A program made the translations under genes and the position numbers. The notes below the pieces were generated by a model. It was given only the letters and a program-made list of their open reading frames with translations. It searched no databases and was not told where the DNA came from. A stretch of DNA of 64,000 bases from an uncultured Verrucomicrobiae bacterium (lineage in GTDB: Bacteria; Verrucomicrobiota; Verrucomicrobiia; Chthoniobacterales; Terrimicrobiaceae), in NCBI GenBank assembly GCA_963706955.1, contig CAVPOC010000001.1, forward strand, positions 128,001 through 192,000, read 5' to 3'. This document shows, one piece after another, positions 1 to 10,302 of this stretch. Each line of letters begins with the position of its first letter. The stretch's first letter is position 1.

Positions 1-248
1 CATCAGTCTATCGAGAGTGCGTTCTCTATACGACGCTCTCACCATGTCCAATGTGCAGTGGGACCGCGCTCCTCTACAAAATTCCGAAGATCGTCATCGG
101 CGAAAATCAGACATTCCTTGGCGCCGAAGACTGGCTCCGCAGCCAGGGAGTGCAGTTGGATGTCGTTCAGGATGATGAATGCATCGAGATGATGCGCAAA
201 TTCATTGCGGAGCGGCCGGACCTTTGGAATGAGGACATTGGCATTTAG
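1..248 (+). CDS. Cytosine/nucleoside deaminase (FCY1-like), 5' end outside window
   Basis: Frame open from window start: LYTTLSPCPMCSG (PCxxC zinc motif), VIGEN, C-terminal WNEDIG as in yeast-type cytosine deaminases. Confidence 0.85.
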   Translation, partial: SVYRECVLYTTLSPCPMCSGTALLYKIPKIVIGENQTFLGAEDWLRSQGVQLDVVQDDECIEMMRKFIAERPDLWNEDIGI

Positions 249-266
249 GCAGGAAGACAAATACTT

Positions 267-1292
267 TCAGTCCGGCCATGTGAGCAGCTTGGCAAAGCGC
301 AAGCCAGCTTCCGTAAGCCGAGGGGAGCCGGCTGGTCCACCCACCAGGTTTTTGGTGATTCGAGTGTAAGGCTGACCCGTTTCCTTAACCCACGTAACCA
401 TGGGCTCGGTGATCGAGATTGTCGCCGCCTCGATCCTGATCGGAACTCCATAGCGAGAGAAGGTAACTGTCCAGGCGAGCGGGTTGGCGATTTCGCCTGT
501 TGGAACAAGCCAAGGGTAAGCGCGGACGAGAAAAAAGTTCGGCGAGTTTCGGATGGTTATTTTGAAGGCCGGTTCCGCGCCGGTGAGGAAATCGGAGATT
601 TTGAGTGTCGGATTTCTATGCGCCGCGAGCAACAGCTTCGCGGGATCGCACCCGGCAAGATTCAGACCGTTATAGATGCCATGAGGGTTCTGATCTTTTC
701 GGAAATAGGCTTCGTGCCAGCCTTCGAAGTTTCGATTCAACATCATACAGACTTCGAAATGGGTGTGAGCGCGCTCGCGGTCGATGCCGGTTCCCGTAAA
801 GCCCATCAAGCCGAGGACTTCGCCTTGGCGCACCGGCTGTCCGGGCTCGACAGAGATGGAAGAGAGGTGGGCGTAGAGCGTGTAGTAAGGGCAACCATCC
901 CAGAGATGCTCGACAACGACGTATCTCCCGTAGTTCGAGGCGCCGGAGTCCCGGCTCACGTACACAACGTTTCCGCCGGCGGTCGCTCGCACCACGTCGC
1001 TGGGGTTACCGAATGCGTCTCGGCGGACCGGCCGGATGTCAATTCCCTCATGGAGTTGCAGGTAGGAAATCTTGCCGCCATCGCCGCGAACGGGTCCCCG
1101 CACGAAACCGAATTGACCGCCTTGCCAAGGCTGAGACCTCGCACCTTCGAAATCGCGGTTTATATACATGTAGAAGTCTCGCGGTCGGTCCTGGAGCAGA
1201 GCGCGATTGTCTGTGGGAAAGTCAATCAGCGGTTGGGCGCGCAAGGCCTCGATGACGAAAAAGCAGAGTCCTGCGACGCGCGCCAAGTTCAT
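267..1292 (-). CDS. M23 family metallopeptidase, secreted
   Basis: Signal peptide; HEGIDI (HxxxD), YTLYAHLS, AHTHFEV (HxH) motifs. Confidence 0.9.
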   Translation of the reverse strand: MNLARVAGLCFFVIEALRAQPLIDFPTDNRALLQDRPRDFYMYINRDFEGARSQPWQGGQFGFVRGPVRGDGGKISYLQLHEGIDIRPVRRDAFGNPSDVVRATAGGNVVYVSRDSGASNYGRYVVVEHLWDGCPYYTLYAHLSSISVEPGQPVRQGEVLGLMGFTGTGIDRERAHTHFEVCMMLNRNFEGWHEAYFRKDQNPHGIYNGLNLAGCDPAKLLLAAHRNPTLKISDFLTGAEPAFKITIRNSPNFFLVRAYPWLVPTGEIANPLAWTVTFSRYGVPIRIEAATISITEPMVTWVKETGQPYTRITKNLVGGPAGSPRLTEAGLRFAKLLTWPD

Positions 1293-1855
1293 TGCGGAGC
1301 ATTCTTGGGGGTCGGCTTGGCTTTTGCCTCTTTGGCCTGTGCCTTCCGAGCGTCTTTCAGGACGGCGAGCGCTTTCTTCTGTTGTGCGGCAAATTCCTTT
1401 TCCTTTCCGATGATCGGATAGCGTGCCTGCAGCTCGATAATTTCGCGTGGCAGGAGCCCAGAAGGAAAGGGCATGATTCCGTCGGTAATCTTCTGGCCCA
1501 CCGTCATGGCGGAAGCGACTCTCCCGTTGACCATGGCGATTACCAGGGTGTCGCGATACTCAACGCTGTGTTGCAGGAGCTTATTCGTGCCGCTGGCATC
1601 CAGTTTGAAATAACAGCCGAAGGTGCCGTCTGCTGCAGCGAAAGGATAGAAGGCGACGATGTCCCGTTCCGTCACGATAGGGACCTTCCGAACGACGGTC
1701 TGCTTGGGCGGGTTGATCAGTGTCACGGGGACGACGAAAGGTTCACCCTCGCGAGGATTTCCCTCCGCATGCAGTCGAATCGAAACGGGAGGAGGCTTTT
1801 GCTCCGCCCCGAGGGCCAGCAACGGAAGGAGAAAAATTGGCAGGAGCCGGAACAT
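1289..1855 (-). CDS. Secreted protein resembling a stand-alone SecDF P1 head subdomain
   Basis: Signal peptide MFRLLPIFLLPLLALGA; PIVTERDI...FKLDASG...IAMVNGRVASAMTV..KITDG pattern; 4-bp overlap with the M23 gene. Confidence 0.55.
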   Translation of the reverse strand: MFRLLPIFLLPLLALGAEQKPPPVSIRLHAEGNPREGEPFVVPVTLINPPKQTVVRKVPIVTERDIVAFYPFAAADGTFGCYFKLDASGTNKLLQHSVEYRDTLVIAMVNGRVASAMTVGQKITDGIMPFPSGLLPREIIELQARYPIIGKEKEFAAQQKKALAVLKDARKAQAKEAKAKPTPKNAPQ

Positions 1856-1884
1856 GGCGGGATGATATTTATCAAGAAGGGATT

Positions 1885-1900
1885 TGCAACCGTGGTGCCG
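1885..1900 (-). promoter_or_regulatory. Possible sigma54 -24/-12 promoter for the 1855 operon
   Basis: Minus strand CGGCACCACGGTTGCA = GG-N10-GC with TTGC, about 30 bp upstream of the ATG; overlaps a possible TTGCAA-N17-TAGCAA promoter for the divergent gene. Confidence 0.3.
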
Positions 1901-1921
1901 CTAGCATAGCAAGTTACAGCG

Positions 1922-2614
1922 ATGAAGTTGTTTGCTCTTTCCGTCGGTTGCATCTTGCCGGCAGTTCTCCTCGCCCAAGAGGTGCCCGGCGCGAGGCCGA
2001 GTCCTACGCCCGCTGTCTCCTATCCTAGCTCGGCCTTCTCGCTGCCACCTCCGGACGAAGGCAGTGTCTTTTTCGCCGAACGGCAGGAGGCCAAGTTCAC
2101 GCTGAGCAGGGAAGGCCAAGCTCGGCTGGTGGAAGACGAAGTAGCTGAGTATCCGCGCGCGAAAGGCAGCCCCGACAGCGTGACAACAATGTTCACGAGG
2201 TTTTTCACGGATATGTTCTCATCCATCCGGGTAGGACGACTGCGCGCGGAGCCGACCACCCAGACTCTTAAGGTCGAGCCCTCACAATTTTCTCTGGCGG
2301 AGCGTCGAGAATTGGATGCCACCTACACCGTTCGCAATAACGCCAAGAAAATTCTTCGACTGGATTTCAATACCACTCAGCGTATTGATATCCTGACCTT
2401 CGATCCTTCCGGAAAAACTATCGAGAAATGGTCCGAAGATCGCTTATTCCTCTTGCAGGAGGGGGTGGTCATCGTCAACCCCAAGGAACGGATCGAGTAT
2501 TCTGAGAAGGTCGCCACAAGGGACATGAAGCCTCAGGAGCCGTATACCATCAAAGCCGATATCGTCGGTTACCCAGATTACTCGGCTGAAGCGCCCGTCA
2601 CTCCTTCCCCTTAG
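1922..2614 (+). CDS. Secreted protein with BsuPI-like (intracellular proteinase inhibitor) Ig-like domain
   Basis: Signal peptide; C-terminal YTVRNN...LDFNTTQRIDI...GKTIEKWSEDRLF.Q pattern. Confidence 0.65.
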   Translation: MKLFALSVGCILPAVLLAQEVPGARPSPTPAVSYPSSAFSLPPPDEGSVFFAERQEAKFTLSREGQARLVEDEVAEYPRAKGSPDSVTTMFTRFFTDMFSSIRVGRLRAEPTTQTLKVEPSQFSLAERRELDATYTVRNNAKKILRLDFNTTQRIDILTFDPSGKTIEKWSEDRLFLLQEGVVIVNPKERIEYSEKVATRDMKPQEPYTIKADIVGYPDYSAEAPVTPSP

Positions 2615-2835
2615 CCAGCCAGCCCGGCGAGAAAGAGCGCGTTTCGCGGATCTGACCAGCTGAACAACGTCCTCGGCAGCTCGAGAGGAGGGCTGTCCGA
2701 CGGTGATAGTGCCAAGGCGGCGTGGGATCTAAGGCCCGGAAAAAGCGGAAATTTTGTAAGCTGGCAACGTCTGCAAATTATTTGTTGCCAAAGCTCCTGA
2801 CGATCACTACGCCTAGCCACTAAATCATCACCGCC

Positions 2836-3081
2836 ATGTCCGAAAAATCCATTGAAGAAAAAGTCAAAGACATCATCGTCGAGCAATTGGGAGTTAATCC
2901 CGAGCAGGTCACCCCGACAGCCTCGTTCATCGAAGACTTGGGAGCCGACTCGCTCGATACGGTCGAGCTTGTCATGGCATTCGAAGAAGAGTTTGGGGTG
3001 GAAGTTCCGGATGAGGACGCCGAAAAGCTCCAGACGGTCGGCGACGTCGTCAAGTATATCGAAGAGCGCAGCCAGAAGTAA
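2836..3081 (+). CDS. acpP: Acyl carrier protein
   Basis: [20 protein letters not shown], 81 aa, acidic. Confidence 0.98.
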   Translation: MSEKSIEEKVKDIIVEQLGVNPEQVTPTASFIEDLGADSLDTVELVMAFEEEFGVEVPDEDAEKLQTVGDVVKYIEERSQK

Positions 3082-3112
3082 GCCAGGCGGCCGCTGTTTA
3101 ACCGAGCCTTTC

Positions 3113-3150
3113 CGTCCCGAGCGCGTGAGTGCCTCGGGACGTTTCGTTTT
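3113..3150 (+). terminator. Intrinsic terminator after acpP
   Basis: Stem CGTCCCGAG/CTCGGGACG followed by TTTCGTTTT. Confidence 0.7.
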
Positions 3151-3221
3151 CTCCAAAAAACACGCTTCGCCGCCTACCCGCAAATCTCCGCGCGGCGCGC
3201 TGCGCCTTCACGATTGAGATA

Positions 3222-4389
3222 ATGCCCGGCTTGGTCGTTCGTCCCCGAGCAAGGATTCTGCACGGACACGATTGGGTTTACGCCAGCGAGGTCCTCAAGG
3301 TTTTTGGAGATCCTGCAGATGGCGACGTTATTTCGTTGAAGGATGGCCGTGATCGATTGCTCGGCTGCGCCATATTCAACTCCAAGTCTCAAATCGTCGC
3401 TAGACGCTTCTCAAAGAGAAGGCAGGATCTCGATTGGGAGTTCTTTTCCCGTCGGGTGGAGCAAGCGATCGCCAGGCGAGTGCAGACCGGTTGCGATCCA
3501 GAGTTATGCCGTTTGATTTGGAGCGAAGGCGACGGACTCCCTGGAATAATCGCTGACCGCTATCGGGACGTCATTGTCCTTCAGACGCTCACGCTTGGGA
3601 TGGACAGGCACAAGTTGCTGCTGGTCGAAATCTTATCCAAGCTGAGCGGAGTTCGACATGTGATTGAACGCAACGACGTGCCTGTCCGAACGACTGAAGG
3701 ATTACCGCTGATCGCAGGTCCACTTTTTGGCGGCGGTCCGGGCGAGCGCGAAATCGATATCAAGGGGGTCCGCTTTCTCGTCGATTTTCTTCACGGCCAA
3801 AAGACCGGCTTGTACCTCGACCAGATTGAGAACTACTCGATTGTGGCAAACTATGCTCCGGGTCGGCGCGTTCTCGATTGCTTTTCCAACCAGGGTGGCT
3901 TTGCTCTGGCCTGCGCGGCACGCGGGGCGCTCGAGGTGACCGCGGTGGAAAGCACCGGGCGAGAACGCCCGCAAACTCCGCGAGAACACTATTCGCAATG
4001 GATTGCGCGTCACCGTTGCTGAGGAAGATGTCTTCTCCTTTCTGAAGTCTGCCGAACGCCGCGGCGACCGCTATGATCTCATCATCCTTGATCCCCCGTC
4101 ATTTACCCGCGCCCGCGATAAGATCAATGATGCGCTGCGCGGCTATCGGGAGCTGCACCTGCGAAGCGCCCGGTTGCTTACACATGGTTTACTGGCAACG
4201 TTCTCCTGCTCACATCACGTCTCTGCCAAAGAGTTCGAGTCGTCGGTCGCGGCCGGCTTTTTCGACGCGAAGCGTGGGGCACGGATAATTCGTCGGCTCT
4301 TCCAGGGTCCTGATCACCCCGTCCTCCTGCATCTGCCGGAAACTTTTTACCTCAAAGGTCTTTTCCTCGACGTGCCGACGGGTCGATGA
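3222..4389 (+). CDS. rlmI: RlmI/RlmK-like 23S rRNA SAM-dependent methyltransferase; apparent +1 frameshift at about 3957-3959
   Basis: PUA-like GHDWVY, SEGDGLPGIIADRY, GQKTGLYLDQ, VLDCFS..GGF in one frame; LIILDPPSF, TFSCSHH, PETFYLKG in the next frame. Confidence 0.85.
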
Positions 4390-4448
4390 TCTTTGTGCTG
4401 GAAATTTCTGTCCCGCCTCGCCAAAGTCTCGTAGGATCAAAATTTTAT

Positions 4449-5075
4449 ATGCCACCGGATCCCAGCAAAGTCTCAGGGCCTTACCTTGATTTGGAGGAGG
4501 AGAATGCGGAAGACCTCGGCGAGGAGGTGCAGAAGACGAATACCGAGCTGGAAAAACTCAAGCGACAGCTCGAAGACATCGAGAAGCAAAAGCTGCGCTT
4601 GGAGGAGCTCAAGAAGCGGCAGGACGAGCTGGAATCCGGGCGCACCGAGATGACGGATAAGCTTACGCGTTCATTGGTCACCGTGCAACGCGAGGCCGAA
4701 GAGGCGCAGAAGCGACTCGAGCAGCTCAATGCCATCCACAATTCCTTCACCCAGCACCTCCGCTACATCGAGGCGATCAATCCGAAGAGTTGGGGCGCAG
4801 TGGATTTGCCCAAAGAGCTTAGCAAGGCCCTTAGCGCCGTCGAAGATGCGCGGGCCGATTATTCTAAGGCTCAGGCCAGGATCGCGGTGGAGACGTCACC
4901 GGAGGTTGCCGCCACCCCTACCTTGTCCGGATCATTCGAACAGGATTACAGTTTCTCGGAAGAGCGTGGGTTCGGCTATTGGCTTAAGTCCGGCTTTGCC
5001 TTTACACTTCCCCTTCAAATTGTCGGCTTAGCGGCATTAGCCATCTGGGCCTGGTCTCTATTTGGCACGCACTAG
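4449..5075 (+). CDS. Hypothetical coiled-coil protein with C-terminal transmembrane helix
   Basis: Long E/K/Q/L heptad region; terminal hydrophobic FAFTLPLQIVGLAALAIWAWSLF. Confidence 0.75.
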   Translation: MPPDPSKVSGPYLDLEEENAEDLGEEVQKTNTELEKLKRQLEDIEKQKLRLEELKKRQDELESGRTEMTDKLTRSLVTVQREAEEAQKRLEQLNAIHNSFTQHLRYIEAINPKSWGAVDLPKELSKALSAVEDARADYSKAQARIAVETSPEVAATPTLSGSFEQDYSFSEERGFGYWLKSGFAFTLPLQIVGLAALAIWAWSLFGTH

Positions 5076-5077
5076 CT

Positions 5078-5434
5078 ATGGCAAAGCCCTCAGGATCCAA
5101 AGCCAGCCGGCTCGCGGCGGAAGAGCGCATGCTTGAGCAGCAACGTGAGGAGATCATGCGCAGAACGCAGGAGCTGGAACAGAAGCTAAAGGTCCTCCCC
5201 ACAGTCATTGAGGCCCAGGAGGAGCAGCGGCGCGCCTTGGCAAAACGCCGCGCGGCCTCGGCGGGACGCGCCATCTCGCCTTATACATTGGGGGGCGGCG
5301 GACGACGAACCAGGGCGCGCGGAACCCAGACGCCGTCGCGACAACGCTATGCGGCTCAGGTCAAAACAATGGCGCTGCTGATCGCGCTGGCCATCATCTT
5401 CACGCTTCTTTGGCGCGTTGTTCCCGCGAGCTGA
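5078..5434 (+). CDS. Hypothetical coiled-coil protein with C-terminal transmembrane helix
   Basis: N-terminal coiled coil, basic linker, terminal MALLIALAIIFTLLWRVV; 2 bp after the upstream gene. Confidence 0.75.
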   Translation: MAKPSGSKASRLAAEERMLEQQREEIMRRTQELEQKLKVLPTVIEAQEEQRRALAKRRAASAGRAISPYTLGGGGRRTRARGTQTPSRQRYAAQVKTMALLIALAIIFTLLWRVVPAS

Positions 5435-5470
5435 GACGTCGGTTCGTCGTAGGACCGGCTAATCTTTGAC

Positions 5471-6481
5471 ATGTCATCCGCAAACGAGCGCTCCAAAGCG
5501 TCACGTTCTGAATATCTCAAAGCTTACCGCATCATGCTCATGGCGCGCGTGCTCGAGGAGAAGCTCGCCAGCCTCTACCGTGGCGGTCTGATCAAAGGCG
5601 GCGTCTTTTTGGGGCGCGGCCAAGAGGCACTAAGTGTCTCCGTTGGCATCAATCTTCGCAAGGGTGATATTTTCGCGCCGCTGATACGCGATCAGGCCGG
5701 GCGAATGGCCTTTGGCGATTCCGTTCTGGACACGTTGCGCACCTATCTCGGATCGCAGCTTGGCTCGATGCGGGGCCGCGACGGGAACATCCATCGGGGG
5801 CGGCCGCGCGAAGGTTATTACGCGATGATCAGCCATCTTGGCGCAATGATTCCGGTGATCGCGGGTGCCTTGATGGCGCGCCGATTTAGGGGGGAGACAG
5901 GTGTTGTCGGTGCGACGTGTCTCGGCGACGGCGGCACCTCGACCGGGGCGTTTCACGAAGGGATCAATGTGGCCGCGGTCGAGAAGCTTCCCTTGGTGAT
6001 CGTTGTGGCAAATAACCAGTATGCGTATTCCACGCCGAACGATCGCCAGTTCGCATGTCAGGATCTGCTCGACAAGGCGGTAGGTTATGGGGTGGCTGGC
6101 CATCGTGTGGAGGCGACCGATTTGGCCGAGTGCCTGAAAGTGGTCGGGTCTGCCATCGAGGCCGCGCGCCGCGGGGGTGGTCCGCAACTTGTCGTGGGAG
6201 ACTTGCTGCGCCTGGTCGGCCACGGTGAACACGATGATGCCGCCTATGTTACCCCGGAGCTGAAGTCGAGTCCATTGGGCCGAGATTGCCTCAAGGTCGG
6301 CGAAGAATTTCTGATTCACAAAGGTTGGGCATCAGGCGAGCAGATCACTCGGTGGCGCGCTGAAGCCAAGAATGAAGTCGATGTCACGGCCGCGAAGGTG
6401 CAGCGAGAACCATCGCCCGATCCGAACGAGGACGACTGGAAGGCAATTTCCACCCCCTGCGAAACCGTGGCCGAGGCATGA
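5471..6481 (+). CDS. 2-oxoacid dehydrogenase E1 alpha subunit (TPP-dependent)
   Basis: GQEA, GDG-X-NN TPP motif (GDGGTSTGAFHEG...ANNQYAYST), R..GHGEHD. Confidence 0.93.
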   Translation: MSSANERSKASRSEYLKAYRIMLMARVLEEKLASLYRGGLIKGGVFLGRGQEALSVSVGINLRKGDIFAPLIRDQAGRMAFGDSVLDTLRTYLGSQLGSMRGRDGNIHRGRPREGYYAMISHLGAMIPVIAGALMARRFRGETGVVGATCLGDGGTSTGAFHEGINVAAVEKLPLVIVVANNQYAYSTPNDRQFACQDLLDKAVGYGVAGHRVEATDLAECLKVVGSAIEAARRGGGPQLVVGDLLRLVGHGEHDDAAYVTPELKSSPLGRDCLKVGEEFLIHKGWASGEQITRWRAEAKNEVDVTAAKVQREPSPDPNEDDWKAISTPCETVAEA

Positions 6482-7440
6482 TCACCTATCTGGAAGCCAT
6501 TCGTTCCGGGCTTGCCAAAGCACTGGCCGACGATCCGCGCGTTTTCTTGTATGGCCAGGATATTGGCTCTTTCGGAGGAGCCTTCAAGGCCACTAAGAAT
6601 CTTGCCAAAGAATTTCCGGGAAGAGTGCTCGACTCTCCGCTGAGCGAGGACGCCATCGTGGGCGTGGCGATCGGCGCCGCGATCGAGGGGATGCGTCCCA
6701 TCATCGAGATGCAATTCGCCGATTTTTCGGTGTGCGGCATGAACCAGATAGTCAATCATGCGGCGACTTTGTTCTATCGCACAGAGGTGCCTTGTCCGAT
6801 TGTGGTGAGACTGCCATCTGGCGGCACGCCGGGCAGTGGGCCCTTTCACAGCCAGAGCATGGAGGCTTTGTATGCCCATTATCCCGGTCTTATTGTGATG
6901 ACTCCCGGGACAGTGGAAGATGCATTTTCGATGTTGGTGGAAGCGGTGGCGCTCGATGATCCGGTGCTCTTCTGCGAGCACAAGTTCCTTTACAACCACT
7001 TGAAGGCCGATCGACTGCCCGACTCCAACATCCCTTCATTAAAGGCGCGCCTGGCCAGACAAGGGCGCGATGCGACGGTGGTCACTTATGGGGCAATGCT
7101 TCATGAATCCTTCGCCGCGGCCGACGAACTGGCCGAGGACGGATACGAAATAGAAATCGTCGACCTAAGAACGGTCAAGCCACTGGATACTGATACGGTC
7201 TTGGCTTCGGTGGCCCGTACCGGGCGCATGTTGTGTGTCGCTGAAGCTTGGCCGTGGGGCGGCGTGTCGGCCGAGGTGGTCGCCCGCGTCTCCGCCGACG
7301 GTTTTGGCCTGCTGGACGCTCCTCCGCAGCGGCTCAGTGCGAGGGATACTCCGGTCCCGTATCATCCCGATCTGTGGTCGGCGCATCGTCCAACCGCGAG
7401 CGCGATAGCTTCTGCGATGCGGCGTCTGCTGGAAATGTAA
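6478..7440 (+). CDS. 2-oxoacid dehydrogenase E1 beta subunit
   Basis: GQDIG.FGGAFKAT, DSPLSE, EMQFADF, GPFHSQS, VDLRTVKPLD. Confidence 0.95.
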   Translation: MITYLEAIRSGLAKALADDPRVFLYGQDIGSFGGAFKATKNLAKEFPGRVLDSPLSEDAIVGVAIGAAIEGMRPIIEMQFADFSVCGMNQIVNHAATLFYRTEVPCPIVVRLPSGGTPGSGPFHSQSMEALYAHYPGLIVMTPGTVEDAFSMLVEAVALDDPVLFCEHKFLYNHLKADRLPDSNIPSLKARLARQGRDATVVTYGAMLHESFAAADELAEDGYEIEIVDLRTVKPLDTDTVLASVARTGRMLCVAEAWPWGGVSAEVVARVSADGFGLLDAPPQRLSARDTPVPYHPDLWSAHRPTASAIASAMRRLLEM

Positions 7441-7444
7441 ACCT

Positions 7445-8638
7445 ATGGCTCTCGTCCCCATTCTCATGCCACAGCTCGGCGAATCGATCGCCGAAGCAAC
7501 AATCATCAAGGTGCTCCTTAGTCAGGGTGATGCGGTCGCAGGCGACAGCAATGTGATTGAAGTCGAGACCAACAAGGCCGTCATGGAGGTAACCTCCCCC
7601 TGCAGCGGCCATCTTTCCGAGATTCTCGTGGAGGAGGGGAAGAGCTATCCGGTCGGAGCGATCCTTGGATATGTCGAAGTCGATGCCCAGGAAGCCGCCA
7701 GATTGGGACTCGAGGAAACCCCCACGAAAGCATCTCACAGAAAAGGAACCCAACGCCAAGCCGTGCCCGTCGGCCCAAGTCAAGTCGAACCGACCGTCAA
7801 AGGATTGCCGGTGCCGGCGCCTGCGACAGGCGCCACGTATTTGTCGCCCCGAATGAAGGCCCGTATGGCCGAACTCGGCCTTCACGCTGCCGATATGGCC
7901 GGAGTCGCCGGAAGCGGAGCGGGTGGACGCGTGACCATAGAGGACCTGGAGAAGTTTCTCGAAGCTCTCGAGCGCAACCGCATTAGTCCCGCTTCTCCCA
8001 TGCGCGTCGCGGTTGCCGATGCGATGCGCCGCAGCGCTACGCGGCCTTTGGCCACTGTCGTCTTGCCAGTCCGCTTGGATGCGATGCTCTCGCACCGAAA
8101 AGCGAGTGCGCCGCGCAAGGCGGGGCCGGCGTTGTATGCATTGCGCGCTCTAGCGATTGCGCTTTCAGAGAATAGCGCGCCAGCCGGCAGGCTCATCGGC
8201 GATCGAATCATCCATCCACGCTCCATCGACATCGGATTTGCGGTGGAGGCTGAGGATGGTGTGCTTGTCCCGGTCATTCGCAATGCCGATCAATTCAAGC
8301 TCGTCGATCTGGCAGAACGTTATGATCGCCTCGTTGATCTTGCCCGGCAGCGCCGCCTTCCCGCGGGCGAGACGGGCGGCTCGATCGCGACGGTTACAAA
8401 CTATGGCGTGTTCGGTCTGACGATTGCGACGCCAATTCCATTGCCGGAGCAAACCTTGCTCCTCGGCATGGGTTGTGGGCAGGTAGTGCCCCATTGGGAA
8501 TCCCAAAAGAGTGCGTTCGTGCCAATAACCGAAGCAGCCTTCACGCTTAGCTTCGATCATCGCGTCCTCGATGGCGGAGCTGCCGGACGTCTCTTGAAGC
8601 GCGTTTCGGAACTCCTAAACGCACCTGCTGAATTGTGA
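7445..8638 (+). CDS. Dihydrolipoamide acyltransferase E2
   Basis: MPQLGESIAE lipoyl domain (ETNKA), E3-binding GSGAGGRVT, catalytic FDHRVLDG. Confidence 0.93.
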   Translation: MALVPILMPQLGESIAEATIIKVLLSQGDAVAGDSNVIEVETNKAVMEVTSPCSGHLSEILVEEGKSYPVGAILGYVEVDAQEAARLGLEETPTKASHRKGTQRQAVPVGPSQVEPTVKGLPVPAPATGATYLSPRMKARMAELGLHAADMAGVAGSGAGGRVTIEDLEKFLEALERNRISPASPMRVAVADAMRRSATRPLATVVLPVRLDAMLSHRKASAPRKAGPALYALRALAIALSENSAPAGRLIGDRIIHPRSIDIGFAVEAEDGVLVPVIRNADQFKLVDLAERYDRLVDLARQRRLPAGETGGSIATVTNYGVFGLTIATPIPLPEQTLLLGMGCGQVVPHWESQKSAFVPITEAAFTLSFDHRVLDGGAAGRLLKRVSELLNAPAEL

Positions 8639-8682
8639 GTCCTTCGTCGCCCGACGGAGCGCGGAGCCTTTCGCGTGCGCCG

Positions 8683-10271
8683 CTATTCGGCCAACTGAGG
8701 CAGTGCCTGCCCAGGGGTGATGGTCTCCTTTGATCTGTCGACAGCGACCAATTTGGCGCAACCGGCGAAAATTACCGCGACGATGAGATAACTGAATGCC
8801 ACGGTCGGATCGTGGGCGATGCCGATTTGATGCCCGTGCATAAAGCCAAAGAACGTTAATATGGCTCCCGCGAGTGCAAATCCAGCGCCTTTCATGAAGT
8901 TGCGATCGATGATGCATACAGCTATCGCACCGAGGATCAGTCCCGCCGAGAATCGAGCCGCCTCCGAGAACTTCGAGACCTCTGTAGAGGACTCCTTGAT
9001 CTTTCATTTTTGCCATGAGCTCCTCCGTGACGGTGAAGGTCCCCACCGATGCCAGCGCGCCATTCATCAGCGTCACGGCCCAGTGCGCCAGGTGCGGTGT
9101 CAGGGCAAGAATGATGGCCGGAGCATGGCTCTTCGGCGTCTCTTGAAATGCCTGCGAACCGATCAACATCCCGATGTAGAGCAGAATCGGCAGAATGGCG
9201 ATGGTCGGAATGAGCGCGAGCATGAGGGAAATTGTGCCGAACCAACACAGCAGAATCACCGCAATGCCGGTGGCTGCGGAATAGCCGATCCGTCCTCCCA
9301 TGGCCTTCCATCCGGGATGCCCGATGTAAACGGCGTTGATGAAGGGGTTCCCCATCAGGCAACCAATCAAGCTGACTACCCCGTCCGCCGTTAACACTCG
9401 CGTCGTTGGGAATTCGTCCCCAGCAACCGCAGCGCTTTCCACATTATCGAGGGCTTCCACAAGATCATAAATTCCAAACGGAATGGCGGTGACCAGGATC
9501 ACCCCGAGGAACTCGAAGCCGGAGAAAACATGGCCGAACGCCGGCAGTGGCACTCGGAAACCAAAATTGGCCACCGCATCGGTCAGACCTTTCAGACTCA
9601 TGCCGCCATAGTTGAGGCCCAGAGCGGTCGAACCCCAGGCAATCAACGTTCCCACCGCGATAGCCACCAAGCCCGCGGGAATTCCGCGATACTTAACGCC
9701 ACCGAACCAGCTGAGCAGAATGATGGCAAAGCAGATAAACCCGATCATGGGCGTCATGAACATTTGAACTGCCGGTGCCATCGAGATGAAGGTGATGGAA
9801 ACTCCGGCCAGGGTCCCTAGCAGCGCGGCGCGCGGAGTAATCCGCCGAATGATCGGCCCAATGAAGCCTCCGATCATGAGGACAAAGCTTTGCACAAACA
9901 CCCACGTCAGGCCCGCCTCCCAACCCTTGACGGGATCGCCGGTAGCCAGAGCTATCGGCAGCATGATCACAAAGGTAACCACGAACATGTGCGGCACACT
10001 GACACCCGACGGCAAAGCACAGACGTCGTCTCTACCCGTCTGTTTGGCGAGTCGGATAAGCCAGCCACGCGTAGTAGAGTGTAGACAGGCATAGCATCAG
10101 ACCGGTCGCTGGCAGAATGCGGCCGAACACGATATCATCGGGCATCTTGAGAACGAAGCGCAGCAGCGCTGTCAGCGTTAGCAAGTTGACGAGGATATTG
10201 GTTCCAAAGCCGAAGAAAGCGTTCCAGTCTCCAGGGACCCAGATTTTCGGCTTCGTCGTGCGTGTGCTCAT
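8683..10271 (-). CDS. NCS2/AzgA-like nucleobase-type permease; two apparent frameshifts (about 10054 and 8943)
   Basis: Three ORF pieces join into one polytopic protein: WVPGDWNAFFGFGTN...ALPSGVSVPHMF...TPRAALLGTLAG...YIGHPGWKAMGGRIGYS...FFGFMHG. Confidence 0.8.
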
Positions 10272-10302
10272 AGTTGCTCTTTGTTGGTGATTGGAGTTCT
10301 TC

